The notes: generated by a model from the letters alone, not told the origin. 64,000 bases of DNA from Octopus sinensis (GCF_006345805.1 NC_042998.1:97402001-97466000); one strand, 5' to 3'. Numbered from the stretch's first letter, positions 24,624-38,157 are shown. Numbers and translations are program-made.

Positions 24624-25703
24624 AACATACAGATATGTTAGTATTACTTAGTCATCTTGTTTGACCTCTTGACACATACAAGTTTCCACATTCATTCCTA
24701 TTTCACTTTGGAGTGAACATCTTTTCTTCTCTGCCATCTTCATTGGAAAGCATATGACTCGGTTGACATGGCTTTGTACTACTAGATATTCAAACCCATT
24801 TAAATATTTCATTCTTGCATACACAACTTGGCTGCTACTGACTTAAAGATATATCTTAAAGGGATGTAAGCATGGCTATATAATAAGCTTGCTTCCCAAC
24901 CACATTGTTCCAGGTTCAGTTCCAGTGCATGGCACCTTAGACAAGTGTCTTTTATTATAGCTTTGAGCTGACCAAAGCCTTGTGAGTGGATTTGATAGAC
25001 AGAAACTGAAAGAAACTTGTTGAATATATAAATATGTGTGTGTCTCTGTGTTTGTGTTTGTTCCCTATCACTGTTTGACTACAGGTGTTGGGAGGAAAAA
25101 AGCCCAATAGACTAAGTGCTAGGCTTAAAAAGTACTGGGGTCAATTCGTTTGACTAAAAATTCTTCAAGGCAGTGTTCTAGCATGGCCACAGTCTCAAGG
25201 CTGAAACAAGTAGACGATAAAAGATACAATTTGACACTGATATTGACTTAAATCTTGCACACACGCACACACACACACACACACACATCCATTGCATATA
25301 TTCTTGTATACAACAGTTCAGATTTTTGGTCATTAGACTGCATCCATGCTGGGACACTGCCTTGATATTTTCATCTATTTAAAAAAATTTTTTTATCAAT
25401 CATTCTGCTTACTTATAAAAGCAAATAACAAGGAGTTGCCAAACAGTTACAGTCTAAATTTTGATAGGAAAACATATCAACAAAGTCAAGAGAATGTTTA
25501 GCCCTCAGCTATTGGCCTAAAGCTGATAGCACTCAAGACCACTTCTACCACTACAATAACTGAGTTCACATGCTAGACTATGATATTGTTTTATCAGCTA
25601 CCATCTTATTGCTGCCTCTAGCACATACACACACACACACACACACACACTGTTAAACATGCTCTAATAGATAATTACTAAAGTGATTTTTTTTTACTGA
25701 GAG

Positions 25704-25933
25704 TTAACTCTTTTGACATCAATCTGTCTGAGACTGCCCGTGGTTCTACAATATTAACTTCCTGTTTTAAAGTGAAGTAAATTAAAACCTTCCATTTAAA
25801 TTTCATGTTAATTTATGTTGCAGGCACCAGCTTGATAATAACAAAATTATTTTACTAAATTCATCATAATTTTCTAAATTAATTCCAACACAGACAGTGC
25901 CTCTCAGCAGAAATATGACGGCAAAAGGGTTAA
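25704..25933. mobile_element. piggyBac-type MITE
   Basis: TTAA|ctcttttgac ... ggcaaaaggg|TTAA. Confidence 0.7.
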
Positions 25934-26812
25934 CTCCTTCTCTCTGTAGGCCATTAAGAGTTTAGAAATATATTTTATAATGTTTGAAATTAAATAAATA
26001 TTTCTTTATAACAGAATTTCACACAAGACTTCACTTCTATCAATCTTGCTACAACAACTAGTACCCTATACCAAAGAACTATGAAATTATTCTATCTAAC
26101 AAAACAACAGTGACAGTTATGTCAAATATTACATGTCTTTAACTAATTTTTTGTTGGATACGTATTTCTTATTTTTTTATTGCCCATAAGGGGTTAAACA
26201 TAGAGGGGACAAACAAGGACAAACAAAGGGATTAAGTCAATTACATCGACCGCAGTACGTAACTGGTACTTAATTTATCAACCCCGAAAGGATGAAAGGC
26301 AAAGTCGACCTTGGCAGAATTTGATCTCAGAACTTAACGGCAGATGAAATACTGCTAAGCATTTCACCCAGCATGCTAGCATTTCTGCCAGTTCACCGCC
26401 TTATTGTTGGATATGCATTTCTATCATGACTTGAAGTATCAAAATAAAATGCAACAAATTGAGCCAACAATACACCAAGACTGATTCATTCAAAATTGTA
26501 TAAGTAGTTGAACATGTGTGTAACCGTTATCATGGCATGGTTCTTGCTCATTCCAACCATATATGTCAACCAATTTCTTAAATTTATAATGTTTGTTTGT
26601 GTATGTATGTATGTATGTAGGCCATAAAAATTCAGGAGGTATGAGAGGTGAATATATTTATTTAACCACTTGTTATGCATAGGGTTACAGCCCTTTCTCA
26701 GCCTTCATCATGTAATAATAATTTCATGTATGATAAATTATTTTTCATGCCTGCACCAATATGTATGCTACACATTGTACAGTACTATTGTACATCTGCA
26801 GATGTGGAAGGT

Positions 26813-27097
26813 GGTGCTATGTCTTTTCGTCTGACGTCACTTCTTCAAACGTCTTTTCATCCACATCTTTTCGTCCGACGTCTTTTTTGTCTGATTATTT
26901 TCTTCCAACGACAAATCCTATCAATAAAATTCTCAATGATTATTTAATTTTGATGTTCACCTTGTTTTCTATAGAGTTTATTAAAAACTGGACAAAAAGT
27001 CGTTTGACAAAAAAATAATCAGACAAAAAGACACCAGACCAAAAGATGTGGATGAAGTGATGTTGGACAAAGTGACATCGGACGAAAAGTTGAGTCA
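26813..27097 (+). mobile_element. MITE-like element with arms of ~15-bp tandem repeats (gtcttttcgtccgac-like)
   Basis: Left arm repeats tcttttcgtctgacg / tcttttcatccaca / tcttttcgtccgacg. The right arm carries the inverse repeats (ggacaaaaag, ggacgaaaag). Confidence 0.75.
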
Positions 27098-27262
27098 AAG
27101 TAGAAGGCTTGCTCTTCATATCACCAGAAATTATAACTACACCAATGCTTCAACTCTCACTTTTCCATCATTGCATGAGTCAGACACTATTTATTGAGGT
27201 TGATTTTCAATGGTTGGGTGATCTTTTTGTTAAACATTCTCCTGCTTCTAAGCAAAGTAATA

Positions 27263-28146
27263 CAGGGTGTCCCAAAAGTCACTGATGAGTTTCAATTTTT
27301 AATAACTTCCTTAACTTTTCAAATAAATACATGAAATTTTGATACAATATAAAGAACATAATGGAAATTAATATGCACTAGTCAAATTTTTCAACACCAC
27401 TGCATCACATATGAAAAATGACATTGGTTAAATGGCAGCCATTTTCAGCTTCACACACCTGCTCTCTTTCCAAAACTTGCACCATAACACCCTCAAGAGT
27501 TTCAGACCCCATTTCTCTGATTTCTCTACTGATATTCTCCTTCTGTTGCAGCAGGGTCTCTTTGTCAACATAAACACTCTCTTTCAGGTATCTCCACAAG
27601 AAAAAATCTGGGCTAGTCAAGTCTGGGGAATGTGAAAGCCAGTTGACATTGCTGTTGTGGGAGATTATTCTCTCTCCAAAACACTGCTGTAGCAACTGCA
27701 TTGTTTCTCTTGCAGTGTGAGCAATTGCCCCATCTTGCTGGAACCATGTGTGAGGTCTACTTTGAATGGCCTTCAAATTCCCCAGAATTGACTAGCCCAG
27801 ATTTTTTCTTGTGGGGATACCTGAAAGAGAAGGTATACATCAACAAACCAGAGACCCTGGTGAAAAGGAAGAACATCAATAGAGAAATCAGAGAAGTGAG
27901 ATCCGAAACTCTTGAGGGTGTTATGGTGCACATTTTGGAAAGTGCATGGGTGTGAAAAGCTGAAAATGGCTGCCATTTAACCAATGTCACTTTTCATACG
28001 TGATGTTATGGTGTTGCAAAATTTGGCTTGTGCATATTACTTTCCATTATGTCATTTATATTGTATCAAAATTTTATGTATTTATTTGTAAAGTTAAGGA
28101 AGTTATGAAAAAATTGAAACCCATCAGTGACTTTTGGGACACCCTG
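27263..28146. mobile_element. Tc1/mariner-superfamily foldback made of two inverted 3' halves
   Basis: TA|cagggtgtcccaaaagtcactga ... tcagtgacttttgggacaccctg|TA. Both strands encode the same C-terminal transposase piece (SPDLTSPDFFLWRYLKE on minus, SPELTSPDFFLWGYLKEKVY on plus). Confidence 0.9.
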
Positions 28147-28328
28147 TATTTCCTTTAGGTAAAACAAGTTTTCCCAGAATATTGGAAACGAATGACACTC
28201 ATTGTATAACTGTGACTATCATTTACAACAATAATGTGATGTAAAGACATGGAGACACAAACATACACACATTCACATATTTGTTATAAACAACAGAGGC
28301 AGTATTTAATTAAAATAGCCATTTATAT

Positions 28329-28488
28329 AGGCACAGGAGTAGCTGTGTGGTAAGTAGCTTGCTTACCAACCACATGTCTCTGGGGTCAGTCCCACTGCAT
28401 GGTACCTTGGGCAAGTCTCTTCTACTATAGCCTTGGGCCAACGAAAGCCTTGTGAGTGGATTTGGTAGACAGAAACTGAAAGAACCTG

Positions 28489-28522
<34 letters not shown>

Positions 28523-28749
28523 TTGCATATATATGTGTGTGTGTTTGTGTGTCTGTTTGTCCCCACCACCACCATTGCTTGACACCCAATATTGGTGTGT
28601 TCACATCCCCGTAACTTAGCAGTCCAGCAAAAGAGACCAATAGAATAAGTACTAGGCTTACAAAGAATAAGTCCTGAGGTCGATTTGTTCGACTAAAAGT
28701 GGTGCTCCAGCATGACCACAGTCAAATGACTGAAACAAATAAAAGAATA
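28329..28749 (+). mobile_element. SINE family A copy
   Basis: Same head, core and tail as 21707-22117. Confidence 0.85.
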
Positions 28750-28754
28750 TATAA

Positions 28755-29703
28755 CATACTTAATGTATATATACTGTTGATAGGCCAGTTACTGCAGTAT
28801 TTGTCCTGAGACAATATGTATTATGGATTTGCTGTGTTAAATACATAATAAATCATCCTCATTCAGTATCCACTTTCCATTTTTTGGACAGTTTGAGATG
28901 GAGCTGGCTAGCAGGAGCTGTCCGGACTCCAACTGTTTGTTTTGACTTGGTTGGATACCCTTCCTAATGCCAACCACTTAACAAAGTGTACTGAGTGCTT
29001 TTTACATACCACTGGCTTGGGCGTGCTTACATAGCACTGGCACAGGTGTGTTAATGCAACACTAGCATGAGAGCTTTTTAAATGGCACCGGCACCTGAAG
29101 GACAATCCTGTATGTATGGAAGACAGCAATTCTACTTAGTTTGACACATCTTTTCAAGTACAGCAAATTGTCACATCTCCCAATTAAGAGAAATAAAAAT
29201 TTGTCCAAGCAATGTCCAGTAAGAGTGCTTGTTGTATTTTGGGGATTTTTGTGCCACTTCTGGGACAAATTTTCATTTATTGTGTTTTTAACAAAGCAAG
29301 TTCATAAGAGATGTTATCTCAAAACAAAACTGCAGTAACTGGCCTCTCAACAGTGTATATACATTAAGTATGATGCACAAGCTATTTTAATTAATTACTA
29401 CCTCATTTACATATACCATATTTTTAATCAGTTGGGCAGCTCTTCACATCAGTGACTGATTTATTCACTTTTACGTATATCGAAGACAATGAATTCCCAT
29501 CTGAGAATGTATTTCTGAATATATATCATTTGAAAAGGACCCTAAGGGCCAAAATGCATTTGGCGCTCTTGCTGGGATGAACTTTTATCTCTCTCTGATA
29601 TTTTGTTTAACAGAGCAAGTCTAGAAGAGATGTAATCTCAGGACAAATACTACAATAACTAGCCTGTCAACAATGTGTATATATTATGTATTTTATGTAT
29701 GAT
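28755..29703. repeat. Inverted-plus-tandem repeat (probable decayed Penelope pseudo-LTRs)
   Basis: 28755-28815 is the reverse complement of 29317-29372, and a third direct copy lies at 29625-29703. Confidence 0.7.
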
Positions 29704-31859
29704 ACATAGATGGTTATTTATATCATCATCATCGTTCAATGTCCGTTTTCCATGCAGGTGTGAGTTGGACGGTTTGACATGAGCTGGTAAGACCAGGGGC
29801 TGCACCAGGTTCCTTTGTTTTAGCTTGGTTGCTACAGCTGGATGCCCTTCCTAATACCAACCACTTTACAGAGTGTACTGGGCACTTTTTATGTGGCACC
29901 ATAACCACTGCATAAATTTGTGTGTGTTTTTGTGTGTGTATGTGTGTGTGTGCGCGTGTGTACGTGTGTGTGTGTGTGTGTGCATGCATGCATGCATGCA
30001 TTCATGTGCGTGCGTGCATGTATGTGTGAAGACTTCTTTCAGTTTCTGTCTCTCAAATCAACACACAAGGCTTTGGTTGATGCTGAAACTGAAACCTATT
30101 TCAGAAAAGAACTTCTTAACCACAACACCAAGCCTGCACATATTGGGTGTGCATGTGTGCGCATGTGCTTGTGCTTGCATTTTATTTTTCATTTCTCATT
30201 TCTTCTTTTTCCTGTCTTTATTTCCTTTCCAGCATTTATGACTGAAGTTGAACCTATAAAGGATTAATTATCTAATGGAAAAGAAGCCAGGCTTCTATTC
30301 TTTCCATTAACCTGGGGGTTTATAACAAGCAAGTCATGACAAATTTCAGTTACTCCTTTTCTTCTACAATAATTCTTTCTAATATAGGCACAAGGCCTGA
30401 AATTTATGGGGATGGAGTTAGTTGATTACTTTGGTTCCAGTGACCAACAGATACTTATTTTATCAACCCCAAAGGCAAAATCCACCTAGTTAGAATTTGA
30501 ACTCAGAACATGAAGAGCTGGGAGCAATACCACTAAATATTTGTCTGATGTGCTAACAATTTTGCCAAAAGATTACTAGATATCAGCTTCATGACATTGT
30601 AACTGTGCCAGATATCTATATACATATGTACACACATATATGTATAGAACATAGGTGGCCTGTCATATATCAACAGTTGTTTTAGAAGGGATTATACAGT
30701 GGACTAATCTTATTTATTACTATAAACAAGCACAGTATATTGGTAAAATATTAAAGGCAAGAAATTGCATCTTTTGAAAGATATCCAACTTCATAAAAGC
30801 TTTCAAAGGTATTAAAAGAAATATAACAGTCTTTGGTATGAGCTTCCTACTTAGGCATGCATAAAGATGATGACCATGACATCAGGATGAAAGCATTTGC
30901 ATGTACTGTGTCCTGTCAAGCACAAAAAATCCTCTTGATGATTACATTACATTTCCATTCCTATTTGGCTATAAGCAAAGTTTGTACATTCACACTGAAC
31001 CTATAATCAGATGTCGTGACATAACTTTATAGAAAAGTGCAACCAAATTATCCCAAACAGAAGATGGTAACTTTAAATGGAATCAATTTTCAATGTTAAG
31101 CCAGACAACTGTACTTGCTCAACTTCTAGACAACCTCTTTATGGAGCTTCCTTGATGAGATGTACAGATATATAAACAGTGGAAGTGAAAGGAAGCTACT
31201 CACCTAAATAGGTTAAACAGCTGACAGAGATGACTTCTCTGTGATTTGATGTCTCTGTACATTCACATTGGCGATAATTCATGTCACACTTATCAGTATT
31301 TACACACCAATTATAGCAAACTGTGCTGCTAACAAGGAGTACTGGTTCTTTGGTCTTTAGATTTATCCATGTAAGATTTTATATGAAAACAAACATCCTT
31401 CTTATAAATAACTTCAGCAGAAAAGCAACAGGTGATTACAGTTTGTGGTCAATGTCAGGAGATGGGAAGATGAAGTTCTAGCTATCTCTGCTGTAAATAC
31501 AAATTTAACCTTACCTTTGTCCACCAATTCTATTGTCTATCAGAGAAATTAATTCTATGTTATACTATATTGCATTAGAAATAATGAATCTGTATATGGA
31601 AAATTCATCTTGCTATAAAGTTTACTTTTCTATTAAAGCTGAAGTCAATGCAAATACGGGATCATCAAAGCAACAAGACATTCTGTTTGTGACATAATAC
31701 TAATATATTATATGCTCAAAAAAGAGAATGTGACCCAGATATTACCTTGCTTGGAAACAAGTGAGGGTTAGCGATAGGAAGAGCATACAGCCATAGAAAA
31801 ATCTGTTTCAATGAATTCTATCTGACTCATGCATGGAAAAATGGACATTAAAGCAATGG

Positions 31860-32130
31860 CAAAAATTGCACTTTCCCAGTATCCTTCACTTGATGTTGTA
31901 ATGTGTGGTGTTTTCTATCAGTGTCCATACATGTCTAGCTAGAGTTGCACCATTACATCTCTTGGATATTAAATGAGGGCTTACAGTTGTTGAGCCTGGT
32001 TCTAAAGGGGCCTTCTGTCTCACCCATGTATTTCTGTACATTTGTTATTATACTGGGATCCTTCAATACTACATCTGCCTTATGATACATAACAGTTTCT
32101 GTATTGCCTTGCCTTTTCAGTGATTATGTG
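31860..32130 (-). mobile_element. Naiad-type Penelope-like GIY-YIG remnant
   Basis: Minus strand reads KYMGETEGPFRTRLNNCKPSFN, then after a frameshift GATLARHVWTLIENTTHYNIK*RILGK. Confidence 0.7.
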
Positions 32131-32876
32131 ATACTATCTCTGTATAAGTATCCTGTGCTAGGTTTGGATCTATTTACTAATATATTTTTATGCTAGGTGC
32201 ACAGTCAAAAGAGACCAATAAAGTCACCCCGTTAAAAATTTTTTTCTGTATCTATGCACCTGGGGGAAATGCCTATGAACTAAACTAAAGAAGATACTAC
32301 ATACATAGATTGTTACATTAAGGGGAAATGGTGGTTTAAGCCATATGACTTTGTGCTGTAATTTTCACTTGATGGGGTTCATCAGTCATACAACTGAAAC
32401 CACTAGCAGTCAAGGCCTTGTAGTAGTATGGGATTGTGGCATTGAAGATCTTATTCAAAGATAAGTTCGAGATTCTTCTGCTAACCCCCTTTTGAAGGCT
32501 CTAGTTATATGGCAGGAAGTTGTATTAACATGTCAGCTTCTTAGTTGTTTTCTGGAAAGGTTTATAGAAATCAGTGTCTAGGTTTGATGTCACTTCCAGG
32601 AAATCAACCAAGATGTCCTCTTTGTGGGGAGGACATTTTGGCCACCACCTAAAAGGGACCAATCCAAATGTCATCACTCTGATAAACTAATTAAGTTAGC
32701 CTTTTGGGTTTGATTTGTGTGTTTACATCTATGAAATTTGTTTTTGGTTTTTACATCTCTTAGTCTCTAAAAAAGGATGTGACACCATTAGGCCTCCATT
32801 AGCAAAAAGGCCATACAATTCCATTCAGTCATTTCTGATGGTTGCAGGATTTGCTTTTCCATTTCTGGCATGTGAT

Positions 32877-32928
<52 letters not shown>

Positions 32929-33141
32929 TTAATCCTTTCTCTTATAAACACAAGGCCTAAATTTTTAGAGGTGGGGTATAGTCGATTACATTGACCCCAG
33001 TACTCAACTGATACTTATTTCATTGACCCTGAAAGGATGAAAGGCAAAGTAGACCTTGGCAGAATTTGAAATCAGAATGTAGCAATGGGCGAAATACCAC
33101 TAAGCATTTTGCCTGGTGTTCTAACAATTCTTCCAGCCTAA

Positions 33142-33483
33142 TCGACATGGCAGTGCCAGATCAACATATTAGGAAAAAAGGAGAAGAGATTGATAAATAT
33201 AAAGACTTGAGAATTGAGATCACCAAGATGTGGCAGCTATGAGAGTCAAACATAAAGGCTATCGCTGTTGTCATTAAAGCATTGGATTCAATACCACCCA
33301 ACCTGAAGAACCATCTGGAAACTCTTGTATTGCAAAAATCGGCATTACTTGGAACTGCATACATATTGCATAAAGTACTGTCTGCCTGAGGTCTTTGTTG
33401 TGACTTGACAGACAGTACAAACCCCTGGTAGACACAATAACTTCAATCAACGACATCACAATATGGGATACTGTCCGACATCT

Positions 33484-33485
<2 letters not shown>
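33142..33485 (+). mobile_element. 3' end of an R4/Dong-like LINE (REL endonuclease) followed by (TAA)n
   Basis: IDMAVPDQHIRKKGEEIDKYKDLRIEITKMWQL...LQKSALLGTAYILHKVL, then 3' UTR and (aat)n at 33486-33530. Confidence 0.8.
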
Positions 33486-33525
<40 letters not shown>

Positions 33526-35173
33526 GTAATAATATTCTGGCACAAGGTCAGCAATTTTAGGGGAGTTGATTATATCATCCCCAGTACTTGACTGGTACTT
33601 TATTTTATCAAACCTGGAAAAATGAAAGACAAAATTGGAGTTGCTAAGCATTTTGCCCAATGTGCTAATGATTTTTCCAGCTCACCACCTTAATAGCAAC
33701 AACAACAACAACAATAATGATGGTACAAATACACACACACATTACACACACACACATTTACGTATACGTGTATTCATATACAAATGTTTATAAATGTAAA
33801 TACATATATTTTTATGTGTTTGTGTTTTATGCATGCATACACAGTACTACAGTCAATGTGATATTTGGGAATGGAATTTTTACATCTAATATACCATCCA
33901 TTTTGTCTATAAATTGTTGAGGAACTTTTAGAGAAAACATATGAATAAATACAAGCTAGCTTCTTAAATAAATATGATTGGATAAAATTTCTTTGAATAA
34001 TATAGTTATCTACTTTATAAACATATTTTTGTAACTTTTAGTCAATGTAGCCTAAAAATAATATATTTTCTGTAGCTAGTTCTGTATTTGTTAGTTGCTG
34101 TTGGAATGTTGTTTGCTTCCTAAGAACTGTTTGCAATGATACACTGTTTACTTCTTAATGAATAAATTATGTATTGAGTTTTCCAACATAAAATGATATG
34201 AGGCTTTATATAGGGACGTCGTATATGCAAGGGTTTACAACCTGATGCCTTGGGCATAAAATATCAAAAGAAAAAAAAATCATTAAGTAGTAATAGATCT
34301 TTTCTCTAAACTGGATCTCTTCTTGTCAGGGGTTCCAAATGAACCTACCTCGCGGCAGGAAACACAGATGCGAGCAGTGGCATCGAACTCCCTTGTTAAC
34401 CAAGTGCCATGTATCAGAGGTGGTTTCACATACTAGTGTAGCACATTCAACGGTGGTGCCCCAGCATGGCCGCTACTTTCGGGCTGAAACATTTTTAAGG
34501 ATTTAAGTAATAATCTTTTCTACTATAGGTATAAAGCTTGAAATTTGGGGAGAGGTTAATTGATTTCATTGACTGCAGTACTCAACAGGTACTTATTTCA
34601 TCAATGCTGAGATTTGAACCCAGACAGATGAAATCTCACTAATCATTTTGTCTGACATGCTAACAATTCTCCCAGTACACCACCTTATAATAATCAGTGA
34701 TAATAATAAAAAAAAAATACATGCCCTCCCACAACACTTATCTTACCCAATGCTAGTACCCATACTATATTATTGTTTTACAAGAACTAGTTTGAAACAG
34801 TAAAGAATAACAGATTCATCAACAAGATAAAGAATTGTATTTATATTGTAAGTATTTCATTAGCAGTAAGATACAGAAAAAGTGTAATCACTAATTGAAG
34901 GTGCATGACCAAATGGTTTAAGTGCTTGGGTCATGAGCAAAAGGTATTGGGTTTGGCTCCACGACCAACCAGCATGTTGTGTCCTTGAGCAATACATTTT
35001 ATGTTGTTCCTGTCTACTCAGCTGTAATGCCAGGTGCTAGTGCTGATCTCTCTCACTCTGGCTATCACTTAGGTGTAAATTCTCTATACATAGGAAAAAG
35101 TATGTTGAGATGGCTGTAGATGAAATGCCTGCGTCTCATCATTTTATTCTCACTCTCACTCTCTCTCTCTCTT

Positions 35174-35205
<32 letters not shown>

Positions 35206-35882
35206 CCTCCCTTTCTATCTCTCTAATATTGGTTAGCTTCTATATATTTAGTCATACATGATGTGTTAGTGTAATTAAATAGTTATCCATATTGTAGTAT
35301 CTTGGGCAATTGACTTCTATATAGGCACAGAGACACACATATACATACATATATTCATGCATATACACACATCCGTACTCATACATAAATAAGTGTGAAT
35401 ATATACATATATGTGTATGTGTGTGTGTGAGTGTGTATCACTTTTTAAAGTTATCTTTATAGATATTCTATAGAAACAAGAGCCAGCACTTAAAAAGTGT
35501 TTGAATACCACTGCTAACACTAATGGGACATAGTGTATTATGATTGCATAATGAAATACAGTGACCCTAGCAGCAATTATACATATATAATTACATATGT
35601 GTGGACATGAGTTAGAATAAGAACACTAATAAACGAGTGAAGAACGAATGAATGTATAGTGCATGTGTTTATTTGGCAAAATAAAGAAAATGACCATCCC
35701 GAAATACAACAATATCTGTTTCAACACACAGTTTCACATCAGGAATCTTGCAACACAAATTCAGAAACAGATATATATATATATATAGTCAATCCAAACA
35801 AGAACAAGCAAGAAAAAACATTGAGAGGACGTGGAACAAGTACTGTGTTATTGGATACTCAGGAAAGGAAAGAAAAGAAACA

Positions 35883-35921
35883 GGATTTCATGTTTCGAGT
35901 GGAGCTCTTCATCAGAAATAC
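35883..35921 (-). ncRNA. Degenerate minimal type I hammerhead motif
   Basis: Minus: gtattt CTGATGA a gag ctcca ctc GAAA ca tg aaatcc. The cleavage position is UG, which is not a cleavable triplet. Confidence 0.55.
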
Positions 35922-35963
35922 AGAAAAAGTTCAACAAAGTGAAGACGGAGAAAGAAAATCGAC

Positions 35964-35994
<31 letters not shown>

Positions 35995-36007
35995 GATAGA
36001 TAGATAG

Positions 36008-36050
<43 letters not shown>

Positions 36051-36627
36051 TGTGTGTGTGGATCAGCAGGGTCAAAAGTGAAGGGACCAAAAAGTTTGTC
36101 TCAATCAACATGTAGTGTCATAGGCACCTAAACCAATAAGTGAAACATGTTGATGTTAGCAGATGATGTTTACTTATGGCTGATGTCTTGGCTCACCAAT
36201 GAAAACTTATAATGTTTGTTTTTCAAACTCGTTTATAATGTTTGTTTTTCAAACTCGTTTATAATGTTTGTTTTTCAAATAATTTCAAAACTGAAAAAAC
36301 TTTAAAACTTTTGTATTATTGCATTTATATGCAGTAAAGTTCATTAATTGAACTTTTTTTTCAAACAGCATATGAAACAATATTAATTATAATTTTACAA
36401 CGCAACCAATGAAGTAGCCAGAGTTATGATAGTCTACATCCTAATTAATGTTCTCATTAACTTATGATTTAACCCAAAACAATCTGTACAGCAGGACAAA
36501 ATATGTTTACATACGCATAAAATACTTATGTTTTTGATATTCGTATACTACTCCAAAAACATTTGGCTTCTCATCAGCTGTGTGTAGAACATATTTACAA
36601 ATATATATATATGTGTGTGAGTCTGTG

Positions 36628-36667
<40 letters not shown>

Positions 36668-37105
36668 TATATGTAAATATTTGTCATTCAGACTTAACAT
36701 ATAAATCTAGGCTGTGTATGTGAACCTACTAAGTGAATTTAGGTTATTACATTGGGGGCCATTTAGATGTCAACTATAACAAAATAGAAGACATCCTACT
36801 CTGCAACCGTAATAAAAATGCTTACAAGAAGAAAATGAAAATAACAATTAATCATTTGGAATTTCATTTATACTGAATTAAACAAACTGAAAGAAATAAT
36901 TACATACTATTAAATAATAATTAACTATTTGGTATTAAATGTAGTTTATTTTACTGAATACATTTTAAAGTAGGAAAAGAAATAAAGGTACGATGTGCCA
37001 AGAGGTTTTTTTTTCTTTAATAGAGAATATATATAATATATATTTCTTCAACTGTAACATTAGAAACTATGTAGATTACCTGCTAATATTTTTTCATCAA
37101 CACTG

Positions 37106-37146
<41 letters not shown>

Positions 37147-37151
<5 letters not shown>

Positions 37152-37723
37152 AATCTCTAAACGAGGTATAAACAGTAGCTACATGGCGATTTGAAGTATA
37201 TTTGCTATTTAAATGTGGCTAACCACTAAGGATGGATGCTACTGTAGCTTGTAGCCCCAGGAGAACATCTTCTCCAGCTGGATATTGACACACTGTCTGT
37301 GCCCTATCAGTGTTTGCAAAGGGAAACCATCTTTCCCATCGTCGACCTGATGTGATACACGTGAACCCGGGTTTCTGAGTATTTACCCGTCGTCAGTGCA
37401 CGACAATCACCGGTCTTCGATGGGAAGGTGTCCCAATGCAAATACATATATCCCTTTTCCAGTGATGAAAAGTCACTGATCTCTAAAAAGTGTAAACAAG
37501 CAATAATAAATCTCTGAGTGAGGTATAAATAGTAACCCAGAAACCCGGGTCCACACGTATCATGTCAGGTCGATGATGGGAAGGATGGCTTCCCTTTGCA
37601 AATACTGATAGGGCACAGAAAGTGTGTCAATTGCCAGCTGGAGAAGACGTTCTCCTAGGGCTACTAGCTACAGTAGCATCCACCCTTAGTGGTTAGCCAC
37701 ATTTAAGTGGCAAATATACTTCA
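37147..37723. mobile_element. Penelope-like pseudo-LTR pair: ~190-bp inverted repeats around a ~155-bp core with a hammerhead-like motif
   Basis: 37192-37380 is the reverse complement of 37536-37723. A 30-bp direct repeat occurs at 37147 and 37505. The element is CpG-rich and therefore probably young. Confidence 0.75.
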
Positions 37724-38108
37724 TATATATATATATATATATTTATATATGCATATGTGTGTGTGCACATGAATGTAGATATGTATGTATGCATGTATAC
37801 ATGTATTCTTTTATTCTTTTATTTGTTTCAGCCATTTGACTGCGGCCATGCTGGAGCACCGCCTTTAGTCGAGCAAATCGACCCCAGGACTTATTCTTTG
37901 TAAGCTTAGTATGTATTAATGTTTGTTTTTAAATTCAGTTATAAATAAAAACAACTTTACATTAATCTGAGACTACAAATGTATTATTCTTGAACAAGAA
38001 TATTATTGACAGTGTCTTTAAAGTCTTGACCAGCTAAGCCATTGTCTGAAAACTGCAGATTTGGCTGAAACTTCGAAGTCATTGTCAATAATATCCTTGC
38101 TTAAGAAT

Positions 38109-38157
<49 letters not shown>

